A DNA stretch of 64,000 nucleotides from Candidatus Moraniibacteriota bacterium (GTDB taxonomy: Bacteria; Patescibacteriota; Minisyncoccia; Moranbacterales; UBA2206), in the NCBI GenBank assembly GCA_030645735.1, contig JAUSNP010000003.1:167411-231410 (forward strand). The letters are read 5' to 3'. The notes under the pieces were generated by a model. It had not been told where the DNA came from. It searched no databases and saw only the letters and a list, made by a program, of their open reading frames with translations. Positions within the stretch are counted from its first letter, which is position 1; each line of letters begins with the position of its first letter. The translations under genes and the position numbers were made by a program. Shown one piece after another: positions 46,299 to 55,267 of this stretch.

Positions 46299-48635
46299 AT
46301 GGGGCGAAAAAAGAAAGTTGATAAGTTGGCAGAGGAGCTGGAGCAGGAGAAAAGCAATTTTGAATTTGATATTGCGGGCGATGCTAAGCGGAGTGTGGCG
46401 GCCGTGTTTTTGTTCGCTTTGGCAGTGGTGATTCTGTTGGGCTTTTTTGGCAAGGCTGGTGTGGTGGGACAATCTTTGGATAGCGCGACTGGTTTGACGA
46501 CGGGCTGGGCCAAATGGATTTTCCCAGTCTTTTTAGTGATGGGTGGCATCGTGTTGCTTTTGCGCAAAGAGACAGCTTTCTATGTGACCAAGATTATTGG
46601 TTTAATCTTGACCTTTGTTAGTTTGACAGGATTTTTTCATTGGTTTTTTGATGTGAAAAAAATGGCTGAAGTGGCTGGGGCTGGTTCGGGCGGAGGTTAT
46701 GTCGGCTATGGCGTAGCCTATTTTGCGACAACATTTTTTGGAGTGGCCGGAGGCATGGTGATGATTATGGCGTTGTTTTTGATTGGCATCATCGTAGCTT
46801 TCAATTTTTCTATTTTTCATTTCATCCAAAAATTATTTACAAAATCTGAAGTTGCGTCAGAGGTTGAGTTTGTTGAAGAAAATGAAGATGAATCAGAAGA
46901 GGATGAAATCATCGGCAGTGAGATGGAGGAAGTTGTGGAAACCAAACAAGAAAAGAAAAGCAAAGAAGATGAAAATATTGGCAAGATTGAATTTGTGGAA
47001 GGACCAGATCGCTTTGTAGATGAAAAACTTTTTGACAAATTGTCTGATGGAGTGGCCAAGGTGAAAAAATCTTTGACGCGCAAGAAAAAAGAAGATGCAG
47101 ATGATGATTGGCAATTGCCCCCAATGGATTTGTTGGAAAAAAATTCCAGTGTAGCCAAGGGCGGAGACATCGAGAAGAATGCGGAAATCATTGAAAAAAC
47201 TTTGCATCAATTTGGTATTGAAGTTGAACGAGGCGCCATTCAAACTGGGCCATCGGTGACTCAGTTCAGTTTCCGTCCAGCGGTGGGTGTGAAAATTTCT
47301 AGGATTCTAGCCTTGCAAGACGACCTGGCTTTGGCCTTGGCCAAGCATCCAATTAGAATCGAAGCGCCGATTCCTGGCAAGTCTTTGATTGGGATTGAAG
47401 TGCCCAACAAAGATTCAGCCATTGTGCGCATGCGAAATGTTTTGGAGAGCGAACAATTTGTGAATAGAAAAAACAATCTGATGATTGCTTTGGGCGAAGA
47501 TGTGAGTGGCCAATATATTTTTGGCGACCTAGCTAAGATGCCGCATCTTTTGGTGGCTGGTGCAACTGGAACTGGAAAATCAGTTGGAATCAATTCCATC
47601 ATCACGGCATTGCTGTATCAAAATTCACCCAAAGATTTGAAGATGATTATGGTAGATCCAAAGCGCGTGGAATTGTCATTGTATAATGGCATTCCGCACT
47701 TGTTGAGTGAAGTGATTGTGGAAAATGGCAAAGTTATCAATGCTTTGAAATGGGCGGTGGGAGAAATGGAACGACGTTATCGTCAATTGCAAGACACGGG
47801 TTCCCGCGACATTGTTTCATATAATGAAAAAGCGGTTAGTGAAAAAACTCGAAAAATAACTGACCCAGAAACTGGTGAAGTTTTTGAACAGGAGATGGAC
47901 AAATTGCCATATATTGTGATTGTGATTGATGAGTTGGCAGATTTGATGGGAACACATGGCAAGGAAGTGGAAGGCGCTATCATCCGTTTGGCGCAAATGG
48001 CGCGAGCCGTGGGTATTCATTTGATTTTGAGCACGCAAAAACCAATCGTGACCGTCATCACTAGTTTGATCAAATCAAACATCTCAACCCGCATTGCTTT
48101 CCGCGTGCCGTCGCTGATGGACTCACGTACAATTTTGGATGCCAGTGGGGCGGAAAAACTTTTGGGCAATGGTGATATGTTGTATTTGTCAGCCAATTCT
48201 CCAAAACCAAAACGTATTCAAGGCGTCTTCATTAGTGAAGCGGAGGTGAAGAAGATTGTGAAATTTGTGAAGGATCAAAAAATAGAAACAGCTGAGCAAG
48301 AGATTGGCGAAGACATTACAAAAATTGCAATGCATGGTGAAACAAATTTGGATTTCAAAAATTCAGATGACAATAATGGCGCGCAAGATGATGATTTATA
48401 TGAAGCGGCCAAATCAGAAGTGGAAAAAGCTGGCAAAGCTTCAGCCTCACTTTTGCAACGCAGATTGCGCGTGGGTTATGCACGAGCCGCCAGGTTGCTT
48501 GATATTCTAGAAGACAAGGGAATCGTTGGGCCATCTGACGGCGCCAAACCGCGCGAAGTCTACACCGCTGAAAACAAACCGCAATATGATGATGTGATGA
48601 CGGATCAGGGCGAGAGAGATAAATGGCAGATTTAA
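46299..48635 (+). CDS. ftsK: DNA translocase FtsK/SpoIIIE
   Basis: N-terminal TM helices, acidic linker, motor domain with Walker A LLVAGATGTGKSV, C-terminal gamma winged-helix. Confidence 0.93.
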   Translation: MGRKKKVDKLAEELEQEKSNFEFDIAGDAKRSVAAVFLFALAVVILLGFFGKAGVVGQSLDSATGLTTGWAKWIFPVFLVMGGIVLLLRKETAFYVTKIIGLILTFVSLTGFFHWFFDVKKMAEVAGAGSGGGYVGYGVAYFATTFFGVAGGMVMIMALFLIGIIVAFNFSIFHFIQKLFTKSEVASEVEFVEENEDESEEDEIIGSEMEEVVETKQEKKSKEDENIGKIEFVEGPDRFVDEKLFDKLSDGVAKVKKSLTRKKKEDADDDWQLPPMDLLEKNSSVAKGGDIEKNAEIIEKTLHQFGIEVERGAIQTGPSVTQFSFRPAVGVKISRILALQDDLALALAKHPIRIEAPIPGKSLIGIEVPNKDSAIVRMRNVLESEQFVNRKNNLMIALGEDVSGQYIFGDLAKMPHLLVAGATGTGKSVGINSIITALLYQNSPKDLKMIMVDPKRVELSLYNGIPHLLSEVIVENGKVINALKWAVGEMERRYRQLQDTGSRDIVSYNEKAVSEKTRKITDPETGEVFEQEMDKLPYIVIVIDELADLMGTHGKEVEGAIIRLAQMARAVGIHLILSTQKPIVTVITSLIKSNISTRIAFRVPSLMDSRTILDASGAEKLLGNGDMLYLSANSPKPKRIQGVFISEAEVKKIVKFVKDQKIETAEQEIGEDITKIAMHGETNLDFKNSDDNNGAQDDDLYEAAKSEVEKAGKASASLLQRRLRVGYARAARLLDILEDKGIVGPSDGAKPREVYTAENKPQYDDVMTDQGERDKWQI

Positions 48636-48639
48636 AAAA

Positions 48640-48750
48640 GTCTAAAGTCTAAAGTTTAAAGACTAAACAAAGTTAAAAGTCTAAAGTCTAAATTTGTGAA
48701 TTTCAAATCACAACTTAGTCTTTAGTAATTAGTCTTTAGACTTTAATATG
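48640..48750. promoter_or_regulatory. Iteron-like array: >=4 direct and >=3 inverted copies of GTCTAAAG around a central near-palindrome TTGTGAATTTCAAATCACAA
   Basis: aagtctaaagtctaaagtttaaagactaaa...agtctaaagtctaaatttgtgaatttcaaatcacaacttagtctttagtaattagtctttagacttt. Confidence 0.55.
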
Positions 48751-48751
48751 T

Positions 48752-49744
48752 ATGGTAGGTTTCACTAAAAAAAGTGTGCGCACATTGACGCTGGGGGAGA
48801 AACTCAGCAATCTTCGCAGTGAAAGAAGAATCAGTTTGAATGAGGTTTCACGCAGTACCAAGATTCAATTGAAATATTTGGAATATCTGGAAGCTGGGGA
48901 TTATAAAAAATTGCCAGTGGATGTGTATGTCAAAGGCTTTTTGCGTAGTTATGCCGAATTCCTCGGTGTGGATGAAAACATTCTGATTAGACTCTATGAA
49001 AAAGAAAAAGGCATCAAGAAAAATTTGGAAAAAGCCAATGGCGACACTGACAGTAAAAAAGAGGCTATTAATATGTCACCATTTTTGATTACACCTAAAA
49101 TCATTGCGGTGGTTTTTGGAATTCTGTTTGCTTTCGGACCATTGATTTATTTATATCGAGAAATTGGCGCTTTTGCTAACACGCCTAAGTTAGTTATTTT
49201 GAGTCCAGTGCAAAATGAAATTGAAAATAGCAACTCAGTTTTGGTCACAGGTGTTTCTGACAAAGATGCTAGAATTTTTATCAATGACCAACCAATTTTG
49301 ATTTCAGACGAAGGCCGGTTTAGCGAGAGCTTGGCCTTGCAAGCTGGTACAAATTCAATTTCAGTGAAAGCTGTGAATCGCTTTGACAAAGAAACTATTG
49401 AGAATATTATTGTGCAATCTAATTATGAAGAAAAGGAGCAGAACACAACCAATGAAGAAATTAGCAATGATGTATCAGGAGCGAAACAAGATAAAATCAG
49501 CATGGAGCTGAGTGTCAATCCTGGTCCAGTTTGGGTGAGTGTGGAAGCGGATGGTAATTTAGTTTTCAGTGGTACCATGCTTATGGGCGCCATTCAATCT
49601 TTCTCAGCTTCCGAAAAAATTAGTATTAGTGCAGACAAAGCTAATGCAACCCTAGTTAAATTCAATGGCAAGGATATCGGCGCATTAGGCACGAAGCCTG
49701 AAGCTATCAAGAATGTTATTTTTACTAAGGACACTTCATATTAA
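48752..49744 (+). CDS. RodZ-like protein (XRE-type HTH + TM + C-terminal DUF4115-like domain)
   Basis: LGEKLSNLRSERRISLNEVSRSTKIQLKYLEYLEAGDYKKLPVDVYVKGFLRSYAEFLGVD is the RodZ HTH pattern, followed by a TM helix. Confidence 0.65.
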   Translation: MVGFTKKSVRTLTLGEKLSNLRSERRISLNEVSRSTKIQLKYLEYLEAGDYKKLPVDVYVKGFLRSYAEFLGVDENILIRLYEKEKGIKKNLEKANGDTDSKKEAINMSPFLITPKIIAVVFGILFAFGPLIYLYREIGAFANTPKLVILSPVQNEIENSNSVLVTGVSDKDARIFINDQPILISDEGRFSESLALQAGTNSISVKAVNRFDKETIENIIVQSNYEEKEQNTTNEEISNDVSGAKQDKISMELSVNPGPVWVSVEADGNLVFSGTMLMGAIQSFSASEKISISADKANATLVKFNGKDIGALGTKPEAIKNVIFTKDTSY

Positions 49745-49805
49745 CACGTTAGCAGATTAGCACGTCAGCACCGTGTTAACGTGTTAAAATGCTAACGTGT
49801 TAACG
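49735..49805. promoter_or_regulatory. Motif array TAACACGTTA / TAACGTGTTA including a 14-bp inverted repeat (TTAACACGTTAGCA ... TGCTAACGTGTTAA) upstream of recA
   Basis: At least four ACGTG-centred boxes within 70 bp; a DnaA-box-like TTATCCACA follows at 49818. Confidence 0.45.
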
Positions 49806-49914
49806 TGGCTAAGGAGTTATCCACACCTATGAATTTGACAGTGATGGTATCAGTGATATAATATCATTGTGGAGTTAAATCTTCCAAAAATTAACTAGTA
49901 AAATAAAAAACAAT

Positions 49915-50934
49915 ATGAAAGAGGAAAGCACCAAGATGAGTGAGAATGACAAAAAAGTGGAAACCGTAGTTGACTCGATCAAGGAAAAATTCGGTGACGG
50001 AATTATTATGAAGTTGGGTGACGTGAAAAGAGTGGATGTAGAATCAATTCCAACTGGCGCAGTTTCTCTAGACATCGCTTTGGGCATAGGCGGCATTCCA
50101 AGGGGTCGTGTGATTGAAATCTATGGGCCAGAATCTTCCGGAAAAACAACTCTGACTTTACATATCATTGCCAATGCACAAAAAGCTGGCGGGACTGCCG
50201 CTTTCATTGACGCCGAACATGCGCTTGATCCAGAATATGCCAAGAAGATTGGTGTGAACATCAATGACCTCTTGATTTCGCAACCAGACAATGGCGAACA
50301 AGCTTTGGACATCGTGGACGCCCTGGTAGTTTCTGGAGCCATCAGCGTGATTGTGGTTGACTCAGTGGCGGCCTTGGTGCCAAGAGCAGAGATTGAAGGC
50401 GACATGGGCGATCAACATATGGGACGTCAAGCTAGACTTATGTCACAAGCTTTGCGCAAGTTGACTTCAATCGTAGCCAAATCAAATTGCACCGTCATCT
50501 TCATCAATCAAATCAGAATGAAAATTGGCGTGGTCTTTGGCAATCCAGAAACAACCACTGGAGGCAATGCTTTGAAATTCTATTCATCAGTTCGCATTGA
50601 AGTGCGCAAAGCGGCGCAAATCAAAAAAGGTGAAGACATTGTTGGCAATCGTGTGAAAGTGAAGATTGTGAAAAACAAAGTGGCCCCACCTTTCAAAACA
50701 ACTGAGTTTGACATCATGTATAACGAAGGAATTTCTGCCTCAGGTGATGCGCTCGACACAGGCGTGAAATATGAAGTCATTGCTAAGAAAGGTAATTCAT
50801 ATTCTTTCGGCGAAGTGAAACTTGGAGTTGGTCGTGAAGCCGCCAAACAAATCATCAAAGATGATCCGAAACTCATCAAAGAAATTACTAAAGAAATTAA
50901 CAAAAAAATAAAAGAGATAGAGTTAGCGGCATAA
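49915..50934 (+). CDS. recA: Recombinase RecA (start possibly 49936, MSENDKK)
   Basis: Walker [12 protein letters not shown]1/L2 loops, [28 protein letters not shown]. Confidence 0.97.
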   Translation: MKEESTKMSENDKKVETVVDSIKEKFGDGIIMKLGDVKRVDVESIPTGAVSLDIALGIGGIPRGRVIEIYGPESSGKTTLTLHIIANAQKAGGTAAFIDAEHALDPEYAKKIGVNINDLLISQPDNGEQALDIVDALVVSGAISVIVVDSVAALVPRAEIEGDMGDQHMGRQARLMSQALRKLTSIVAKSNCTVIFINQIRMKIGVVFGNPETTTGGNALKFYSSVRIEVRKAAQIKKGEDIVGNRVKVKIVKNKVAPPFKTTEFDIMYNEGISASGDALDTGVKYEVIAKKGNSYSFGEVKLGVGREAAKQIIKDDPKLIKEITKEINKKIKEIELAA

Positions 50935-51304
50935 AATATTTTTTGCAAAATAAATAGAACATAAAAATTATACAACCTTGACTTTTCCATTTAGAAGGTG
51001 TATAATAAGTCTATAAGAGTAAAAAGACGGGTGAATTCCCGCCTTTTTCTTTTGTTTAAAAATAGTTAATTAATAAATTTTTCCATCGGGGGATGGAACA
51101 AAAACAAAAATATGGAAGCACCAAAAAAATGCGATTGTCCGCATTGTGATGCGAGAGCAAAAGAGCATGCGAGGAATGAAGAGACTGGTCTCGCCATTCT
51201 AATCATGTTGATGCCAGTAATGACATTGACTCTTTTGTCCAACGCAGGCTTGTTTTAAAAAATACGCAGAATAAAGAAGTAAAGTTAAAATTAAATACAA
51301 AAAC

Positions 51305-51330
51305 AAAAAACACCTCGCGGTGTTTTTTGT
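51305..51330 (+). terminator. Rho-independent terminator after recA
   Basis: aaaaaaacacctcgcggtgttttttg. Confidence 0.7.
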
Positions 51331-51345
51331 TTTGTGATTTGTGTT

Positions 51346-51443
51346 GTCATTCCGGCCTTGAGCCGGAATCTACACACCGTATCATGAATTTAAATTTGTT
51401 TCAGTAGAATGCAAAGTAGATCCCGGGTCAAGCCCGGGATGAC
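51346..51443. repeat. MITE-like element copy 1 with terminal inverted repeats GTCATTCCGG...CCCGGGATGAC and two internal hairpins
   Basis: gtcattccggccttgagccggaatcta...gatcccgggtcaagcccgggatgac; related copy at 60516..60591. Confidence 0.55.
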
Positions 51444-51446
51444 AGG

Positions 51447-52004
51447 CTATGCGCGTCCAACATATTCCCCGCGTTCAGTGTTGACGATGATTTTGTCACC
51501 TTCATTAACGAAAAGTGGAGCAGATACGCGTAGGCCAGTTTCCAGTTTGACGACCTTGCCGCCAGTGGAAACAGTGTTACCTTTGATTCCCGGTGGAGCT
51601 TCGACAACTGTCAAAGTCACCTTGACTGGAATTTCGATGTTGATGGGTGTGTCATTGAAATTGAGAACGATAACTTCGGTGCCCTCGAGAAGATAGTCAG
51701 TGGCTGAACCCAAAACTTGCTTGGATAGGGTGAACTGTTCATAGGACTCATTGTCCATAAAAGCAAAGTCATCCCCTTCTTTGTAGAGATATTGCGCTTT
51801 GGATTTTCGGATGTCAGCTTCTTCGAGCTTATCAGCACCTTGGAAGGTCTTTTCTAGAACTGCGCCTGTGATCAAATTCTTGAGCTTGGTGCGTAGAACT
51901 GAGCCAGCACGTCCAGTCTTTGATTGTTCATGAAAGAGGACCGCATAGGGCGCTTTTTCATGCACAATGTTCTTGCCTGATTTGATATCGCTAATATTAA
52001 GCAT
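51447..52004 (-). CDS. efp: Elongation factor P (ORF-track extension to 52169 rejected; MPM variant start at 52010 possible)
   Basis: MLNISDIKSGKNIVHEKAPYAVLFHE...KTGRAGSVLRTKLKNLITGAVLEKTF...; KOW-like N-domain and two OB domains. Confidence 0.88.
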   Translation of the reverse strand: MLNISDIKSGKNIVHEKAPYAVLFHEQSKTGRAGSVLRTKLKNLITGAVLEKTFQGADKLEEADIRKSKAQYLYKEGDDFAFMDNESYEQFTLSKQVLGSATDYLLEGTEVIVLNFNDTPINIEIPVKVTLTVVEAPPGIKGNTVSTGGKVVKLETGLRVSAPLFVNEGDKIIVNTERGEYVGRA

Positions 52005-52005
52005 A

Positions 52006-52087
52006 GGCATGAAACATGAAACATATAACATGTAACAATTTTTTAGAAAGTTGCTACATGTTTCATGCTGTATGTTATATGATTTAT
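52006..52087. repeat. Duplicated leader/promoter element, copy 1 (immediately 5' of efp start codon)
   Basis: gcatgaaacat(gaaacat)ataacatgtaacaattttttagaaagttgctacatgtttcatgctgtatgttatatgat; 72 bp identical to 52343..52417. Confidence 0.8.
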
Positions 52088-52348
52088 TTATTTGACTACG
52101 AAAGGAACCAAGGCCATCACGCGAGCTTTCTTGATAGCAGAAGCCAAAGCGCGTTGGTGCTTGGCGCAAGTTCCATGTCTCTTTGGAGGATAGATCTTGC
52201 CTTGAGAGTTGGTAAATCTTTTGATCAAGTAGACATCCTTGAAGTCAATTTGATCCATTTTGATATCACAGAAATGACAGATTTTCTTTTCTGTCTTCGT
52301 GCTATCGTTATTGTTGTTATTGTATATTTTCACTAGTTTATGAAGCAT
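52088..52348 (-). CDS. rpsR: 30S ribosomal protein S18
   Basis: KKICHFCD...DFKDVYLIKRFTNSQGKIYPPKRHGTCAKHQRALASAIKKARVMALVP. The ORF-track TTG start at 52369 was replaced by the ATG at 52348. Confidence 0.85.
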   Translation of the reverse strand: MLHKLVKIYNNNNNDSTKTEKKICHFCDIKMDQIDFKDVYLIKRFTNSQGKIYPPKRHGTCAKHQRALASAIKKARVMALVPFVVK

Positions 52349-52417
52349 GAAACATATAACATGTAACAATTTTTTAGAAAGTTGCTACATGTTTCATGCT
52401 GTATGTTACATGATATT
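52343..52417. repeat. Duplicated leader/promoter element, copy 2 (fills the ssb-rpsR intergenic region, begins at rpsR start codon)
   Basis: Identical 72-bp core to 52006..52087. Confidence 0.8.
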
Positions 52418-52898
52418 AAAAGGGCACATCTTCCAATCGAACCTCGTCTTGTTCTTCGTCGAGGTTGATAGTTGGAATTTCTTCTTCCATGCGTGGTGCG
52501 TTGTTTTGCGCAGATTGTTGTGGAGCGCTCACTGGTTTGTTGAATGAGCCTGGTGCGCTAGAAGTTCCAGCGGCTCGAGAACCAAGTTGCATATTTTCAG
52601 CTACAACCTCAGTTGTTCGTCGTTCAATACCATCTTTGCCGGTGTATTTGCGAGTTTCCATTCGACCTTCGATGAAAGCTTCTTGTCCCTTGGTCAAATA
52701 TTGGCCAGCAATTTCAGCTAGGCGTCCCCAAAGAACAACATTGTGAAATTCAGTTTTGTCTTGGCGTTGCCCGCTTTTGTCTTTCCAAAAACGATTAGTA
52801 GCTAGACTCAAGGTGGCTACTGATTGTCCACCTGGGGTGTTTCTGATTTCTGGATCGCGAGTTAGGCGACCAACTAACATTACTTTGTTAAGATTCAT
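52416..52898 (-). CDS. ssb: Single-stranded DNA-binding protein
   Basis: OB-fold MNLNKVMLVGRLTRDPEIR...; disordered Gly/Gln/Ala tail ending in acidic EDVPF tip. Confidence 0.92.
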   Translation of the reverse strand: MNLNKVMLVGRLTRDPEIRNTPGGQSVATLSLATNRFWKDKSGQRQDKTEFHNVVLWGRLAEIAGQYLTKGQEAFIEGRMETRKYTGKDGIERRTTEVVAENMQLGSRAAGTSSAPGSFNKPVSAPQQSAQNNAPRMEEEIPTINLDEEQDEVRLEDVPF

Positions 52899-52989
52899 TT
52901 ATTTTTATGGTAACTAGTAACTCGTAACTTGTGACTAGAAATATTTTTTCAAAAACTAGTGACTGATTACGGATGACTGATTACTAAAA

Positions 52990-53493
52990 TTAGATATTTA
53001 ATATTTCTTCTAATTTTTTGTCGATGTCTTCGGTGGCTTTCTTTTCTTCTACTGCAGTCACTACTTCTTCCTTAACTTCTTCTTTCTTTTCAGCAACTGG
53101 AGCCACTTTGGCAGCTACAACAGGCGCTTTTTCTTCTTTTGGTTTTCTCTCTGGTTTTGCAGAAGCAGCAGCAATTCTTTCTTCCTTAGTTTTTAGTTCT
53201 GGAAGTTCGTCAGCGCGACTCACAACTGAGCGCAAGATGTTGGTGCAAAGATTCAATTTGCGTGTGATTGCTTGAAGTTTTTCAGTTTCTTCAATGTTGA
53301 ATCGACGAGCCACATAAACTCCGTGAGTTTCATGTTTGATTTGGTAGGCCAACTTTCGCTTTTCAGCTACTTCTTTTTCCTCGAAAACTCCACCTTCAGA
53401 GGTGACAATTTCCTCAGCTTCCTTCTTGATTGCTTCCAGTTCAGTCTCTTTTGAGGCTGCAACTAGATAGAACAGTTCGTACTTCATAAGCAT
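52990..53493 (-). CDS. rpsF: 30S ribosomal protein S6 with acidic/Lys-rich C-terminal extension
   Basis: MKYELFYLVAASKETELEAIKKEAEEIV...HGVYVARRFN...; classic rpsF-ssb-rpsR gene order. Confidence 0.85.
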   Translation of the reverse strand: MLMKYELFYLVAASKETELEAIKKEAEEIVTSEGGVFEEKEVAEKRKLAYQIKHETHGVYVARRFNIEETEKLQAITRKLNLCTNILRSVVSRADELPELKTKEERIAAASAKPERKPKEEKAPVVAAKVAPVAEKKEEVKEEVVTAVEEKKATEDIDKKLEEILNI

Positions 53494-53833
53494 ACTCGCG
53501 AATTGAGAGCGAATTGTCAGCTAATGAAAGCTAATATTATTCGTTCCAATTTGCTTTGAATTAGTTAATAATTAGTGAGTTAAAAACACAAAATCCCCCA
53601 GAAAAGCCAAAATCCTGACGGAATGTTGACCTTCTTATCCCTGAATGCTCAGGGCGAGAAGCTCGTTGGACTTTCTAAGTTGTTTATAGTGTACTGGAAC
53701 TCTGGGCTTAGGTCAATATTGACAAAATATCAAATAAGTGTATAATATGGAGTTAGTTCTTTTCAGGCAAATCTGGGGCTTTGGCATTGGGTCAGAGTGA
53801 GGGATAAGCCAAATAAAAGGAGTAGGTGGTGTT

Positions 53834-54457
53834 ATGGCTAAGAATAAAAATGTTTCGTTGTTAGTCAGCGCAGCGGGCTGGATTGCTGGATTGGTAGAAT
53901 TTCTCGTCAGAGCCTTGCGTGAGCGAGGAGTCACAGATGATGAGATTCATGCCCTCGTCACGGAAAAAGGCGAAGCATTGATGGCCAAGATTGCTGATGT
54001 AATCGCTGAGTTTGTGAAGGCGACGAAAAAAATCGTCTACACAATCACCGTGGATTATGCGACAAGTGTGGATGAGCTGGTAAAACTTGGAAAGTATGAT
54101 TGGGCAAATGATAATATTACCCAAAAAAACTTTCCAACTACGCGCACTGGCAAGGCGGATATTGAGATTGAACTCATCCACTTTGACCGTAGCATTTCCA
54201 GTGAGAAGGCACTTGAGGAAATGGACAGGATGGGTTATCGAGCAGCTGAAGTTCACGAGTTGTTGGCTTTCGGTGTAAAATACCCAGATGTCCAGCGTGA
54301 ATTTCCGGTCGTGGCTCTAGGCTCGGTTTGGCAGGACCCCGATGGCCTTCGCGATGTTGCGTGTCTCCGTCGCGATGCTTCGGATCGCTTCCTCAGCCTC
54401 CGTGCTTTCGGCCGTGACTGGACTGGCGCCTGCCGTTTCGCGGCCGTTCGCAAGTAG
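53834..54457 (+). CDS. DGR target protein (variable repeat at C-terminus; GSVWQ motif reminiscent of C-type-lectin/FGE-fold DGR targets)
   Basis: The 3' ~135 bp are homologous to the template repeat at 54801-54934, with substitutions only at template adenines. Higher GC than the surroundings. Confidence 0.75.
   Translation: MAKNKNVSLLVSAAGWIAGLVEFLVRALRERGVTDDEIHALVTEKGEALMAKIADVIAEFVKATKKIVYTITVDYATSVDELVKLGKYDWANDNITQKNFPTTRTGKADIEIELIHFDRSISSEKALEEMDRMGYRAAEVHELLAFGVKYPDVQREFPVVALGSVWQDPDGLRDVACLRRDASDRFLSLRAFGRDWTGACRFAAVRK
54318..54451 (+). repeat. DGR variable repeat (VR)
   Basis: Aligns to TR over ~134 bp. About 23 mismatches, all at positions where TR has A. The 3' 20 bp GC-rich block tgccgtttcgcggccgttcg is identical (IMH-like). 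Confidence 0.85.
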
Positions 54458-54483
54458 TCTGCCGATAGGCGGACAGCCCCTTG

Positions 54484-54530
54484 GGACCTTGGATTTCTTA
54501 TAACTTTTGAAATCCTTGGTCCCTTTTTGT
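54484..54530 (+). other. 15-bp-stem hairpin immediately downstream of VR (gggaccttggatttc-ttataactttt-gaaatccttggtccc) + T-run
   Basis: Two central mismatches. DGR-associated hairpin/cruciform position, also terminator-like. Confidence 0.6.
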
Positions 54531-54800
54531 TTTTTTCAAAAATTTTTAATTTTTGAAAAAGGTGATAAAATTAAAAAAGATAGTAGACTCAAAATAAGTT
54601 TTTGGTTAAGACTGAAAACGGTCAAATTCTGGAATTATTAAATAGAGAATAGTGCTGGGTATGCTTAGTGCTAGAGTTGTTTTATAGTTTCTAAAAAATA
54701 AAGATACTTGGTGCAAGATATTATGGAATTAAAAGATTCCGGATTAGATTCAATCTCAAAAGAATTTTAGAGATGGTGGTGCGGGAGATATTTTGCACAA

Positions 54801-54934
54801 TAGGCTCGGTTTGGCAGAACCCCGATGACAATCGCAATGTTGCGTATCTCAATCGCAATGATTCGAATCGCAACCTCAACCTCAATGATTTCGACAATGA
54901 CTGGAATGACACCTGCCGTTTCGCGGCCGTTCGA
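54801..54934 (+). repeat. DGR template repeat (TR), adenine-rich AAY codons
   Basis: taggctcggtttggcagaaccccgatgacaatcgcaatgttgcgtatctcaatcgcaatgattcgaatcgcaacctcaacctcaatgatttcgacaatgactggaatgacacctgccgtttcgcggccgttcg. Confidence 0.85.
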
Positions 54935-54970
54935 AACTCTCTTTATTTCCCGCCTCTTTTTTGGCGGGTT

Positions 54971-55267
54971 TTATTTTATTAATTGTTTTTGCCAGCCACC
55001 AAGCATTTTGCCGATTTCTTCTAGATGTTCAGAAAGAATAAGATATTTTTTGTTGTCTATCGATTTGATTTCCCAAGACATTTGAAGAAAAAATTTGAGA
55101 AGATCTAGTTTGGCATTGGCTTTTTGAACAAATGGAACTTTCTGTTCTTTGTTTAGTCGACTGGCTATGAAAATGTATTCAGTTGTTTCAATGAATAGGT
55201 TATCAATTTTTATTCCTAATGTGTAACGAGATGTTTTTGAAAAATGTGGCAAAAAATCATGCCACAA
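54971..55267 (-). CDS. avd: Avd-like accessory variability determinant (four-helix-bundle / 23S rRNA IVS protein family)
   Basis: ...KLDLLKFFLQMSWEIKSIDNKKYLILSEHLEEIGKMLGGWQKQLIK matches the C-terminal pattern of the four-helix-bundle family commonly encoded with DGR reverse transcriptases. Confidence 0.7.
   Translation of the reverse strand: MWHDFLPHFSKTSRYTLGIKIDNLFIETTEYIFIASRLNKEQKVPFVQKANAKLDLLKFFLQMSWEIKSIDNKKYLILSEHLEEIGKMLGGWQKQLIK

Noticed and set aside
48645-48750. The GTCTAAAG array as FtsK-orienting polar sequence or dif site
   Set aside because: It does not match GGGNAGGG-type KOPS and shows no 11-6-11 XerC/XerD arm architecture. Kept only as an unexplained iteron-like array.
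52005-52169. 55-aa N-terminal extension of EF-P in the ORF track
   Set aside because: The extension is encoded by the duplicated 72-bp leader repeat. EF-P homology begins at MLNISDIK (or MPMLNIS).
52349-52369. TTG-initiated start of rpsR at 52369 (track shows M from TTG)
   Set aside because: The first seven codons lie inside the duplicated leader element. The in-frame ATG at 52348 gives a typical S18 length.
54773-54982. ORF 54773..54982 (MVVREIFCTIGSVWQNPDDNRNVAYLNRNDSNRNLNLNDFDNDWNDTCRFAAVRN...) as a protein-coding gene
   Set aside because: This is the DGR template repeat read in the VR frame. It has Asn (AAY) at every variable position and no N-terminal domain, and acts as a non-coding RNA template rather than a gene.
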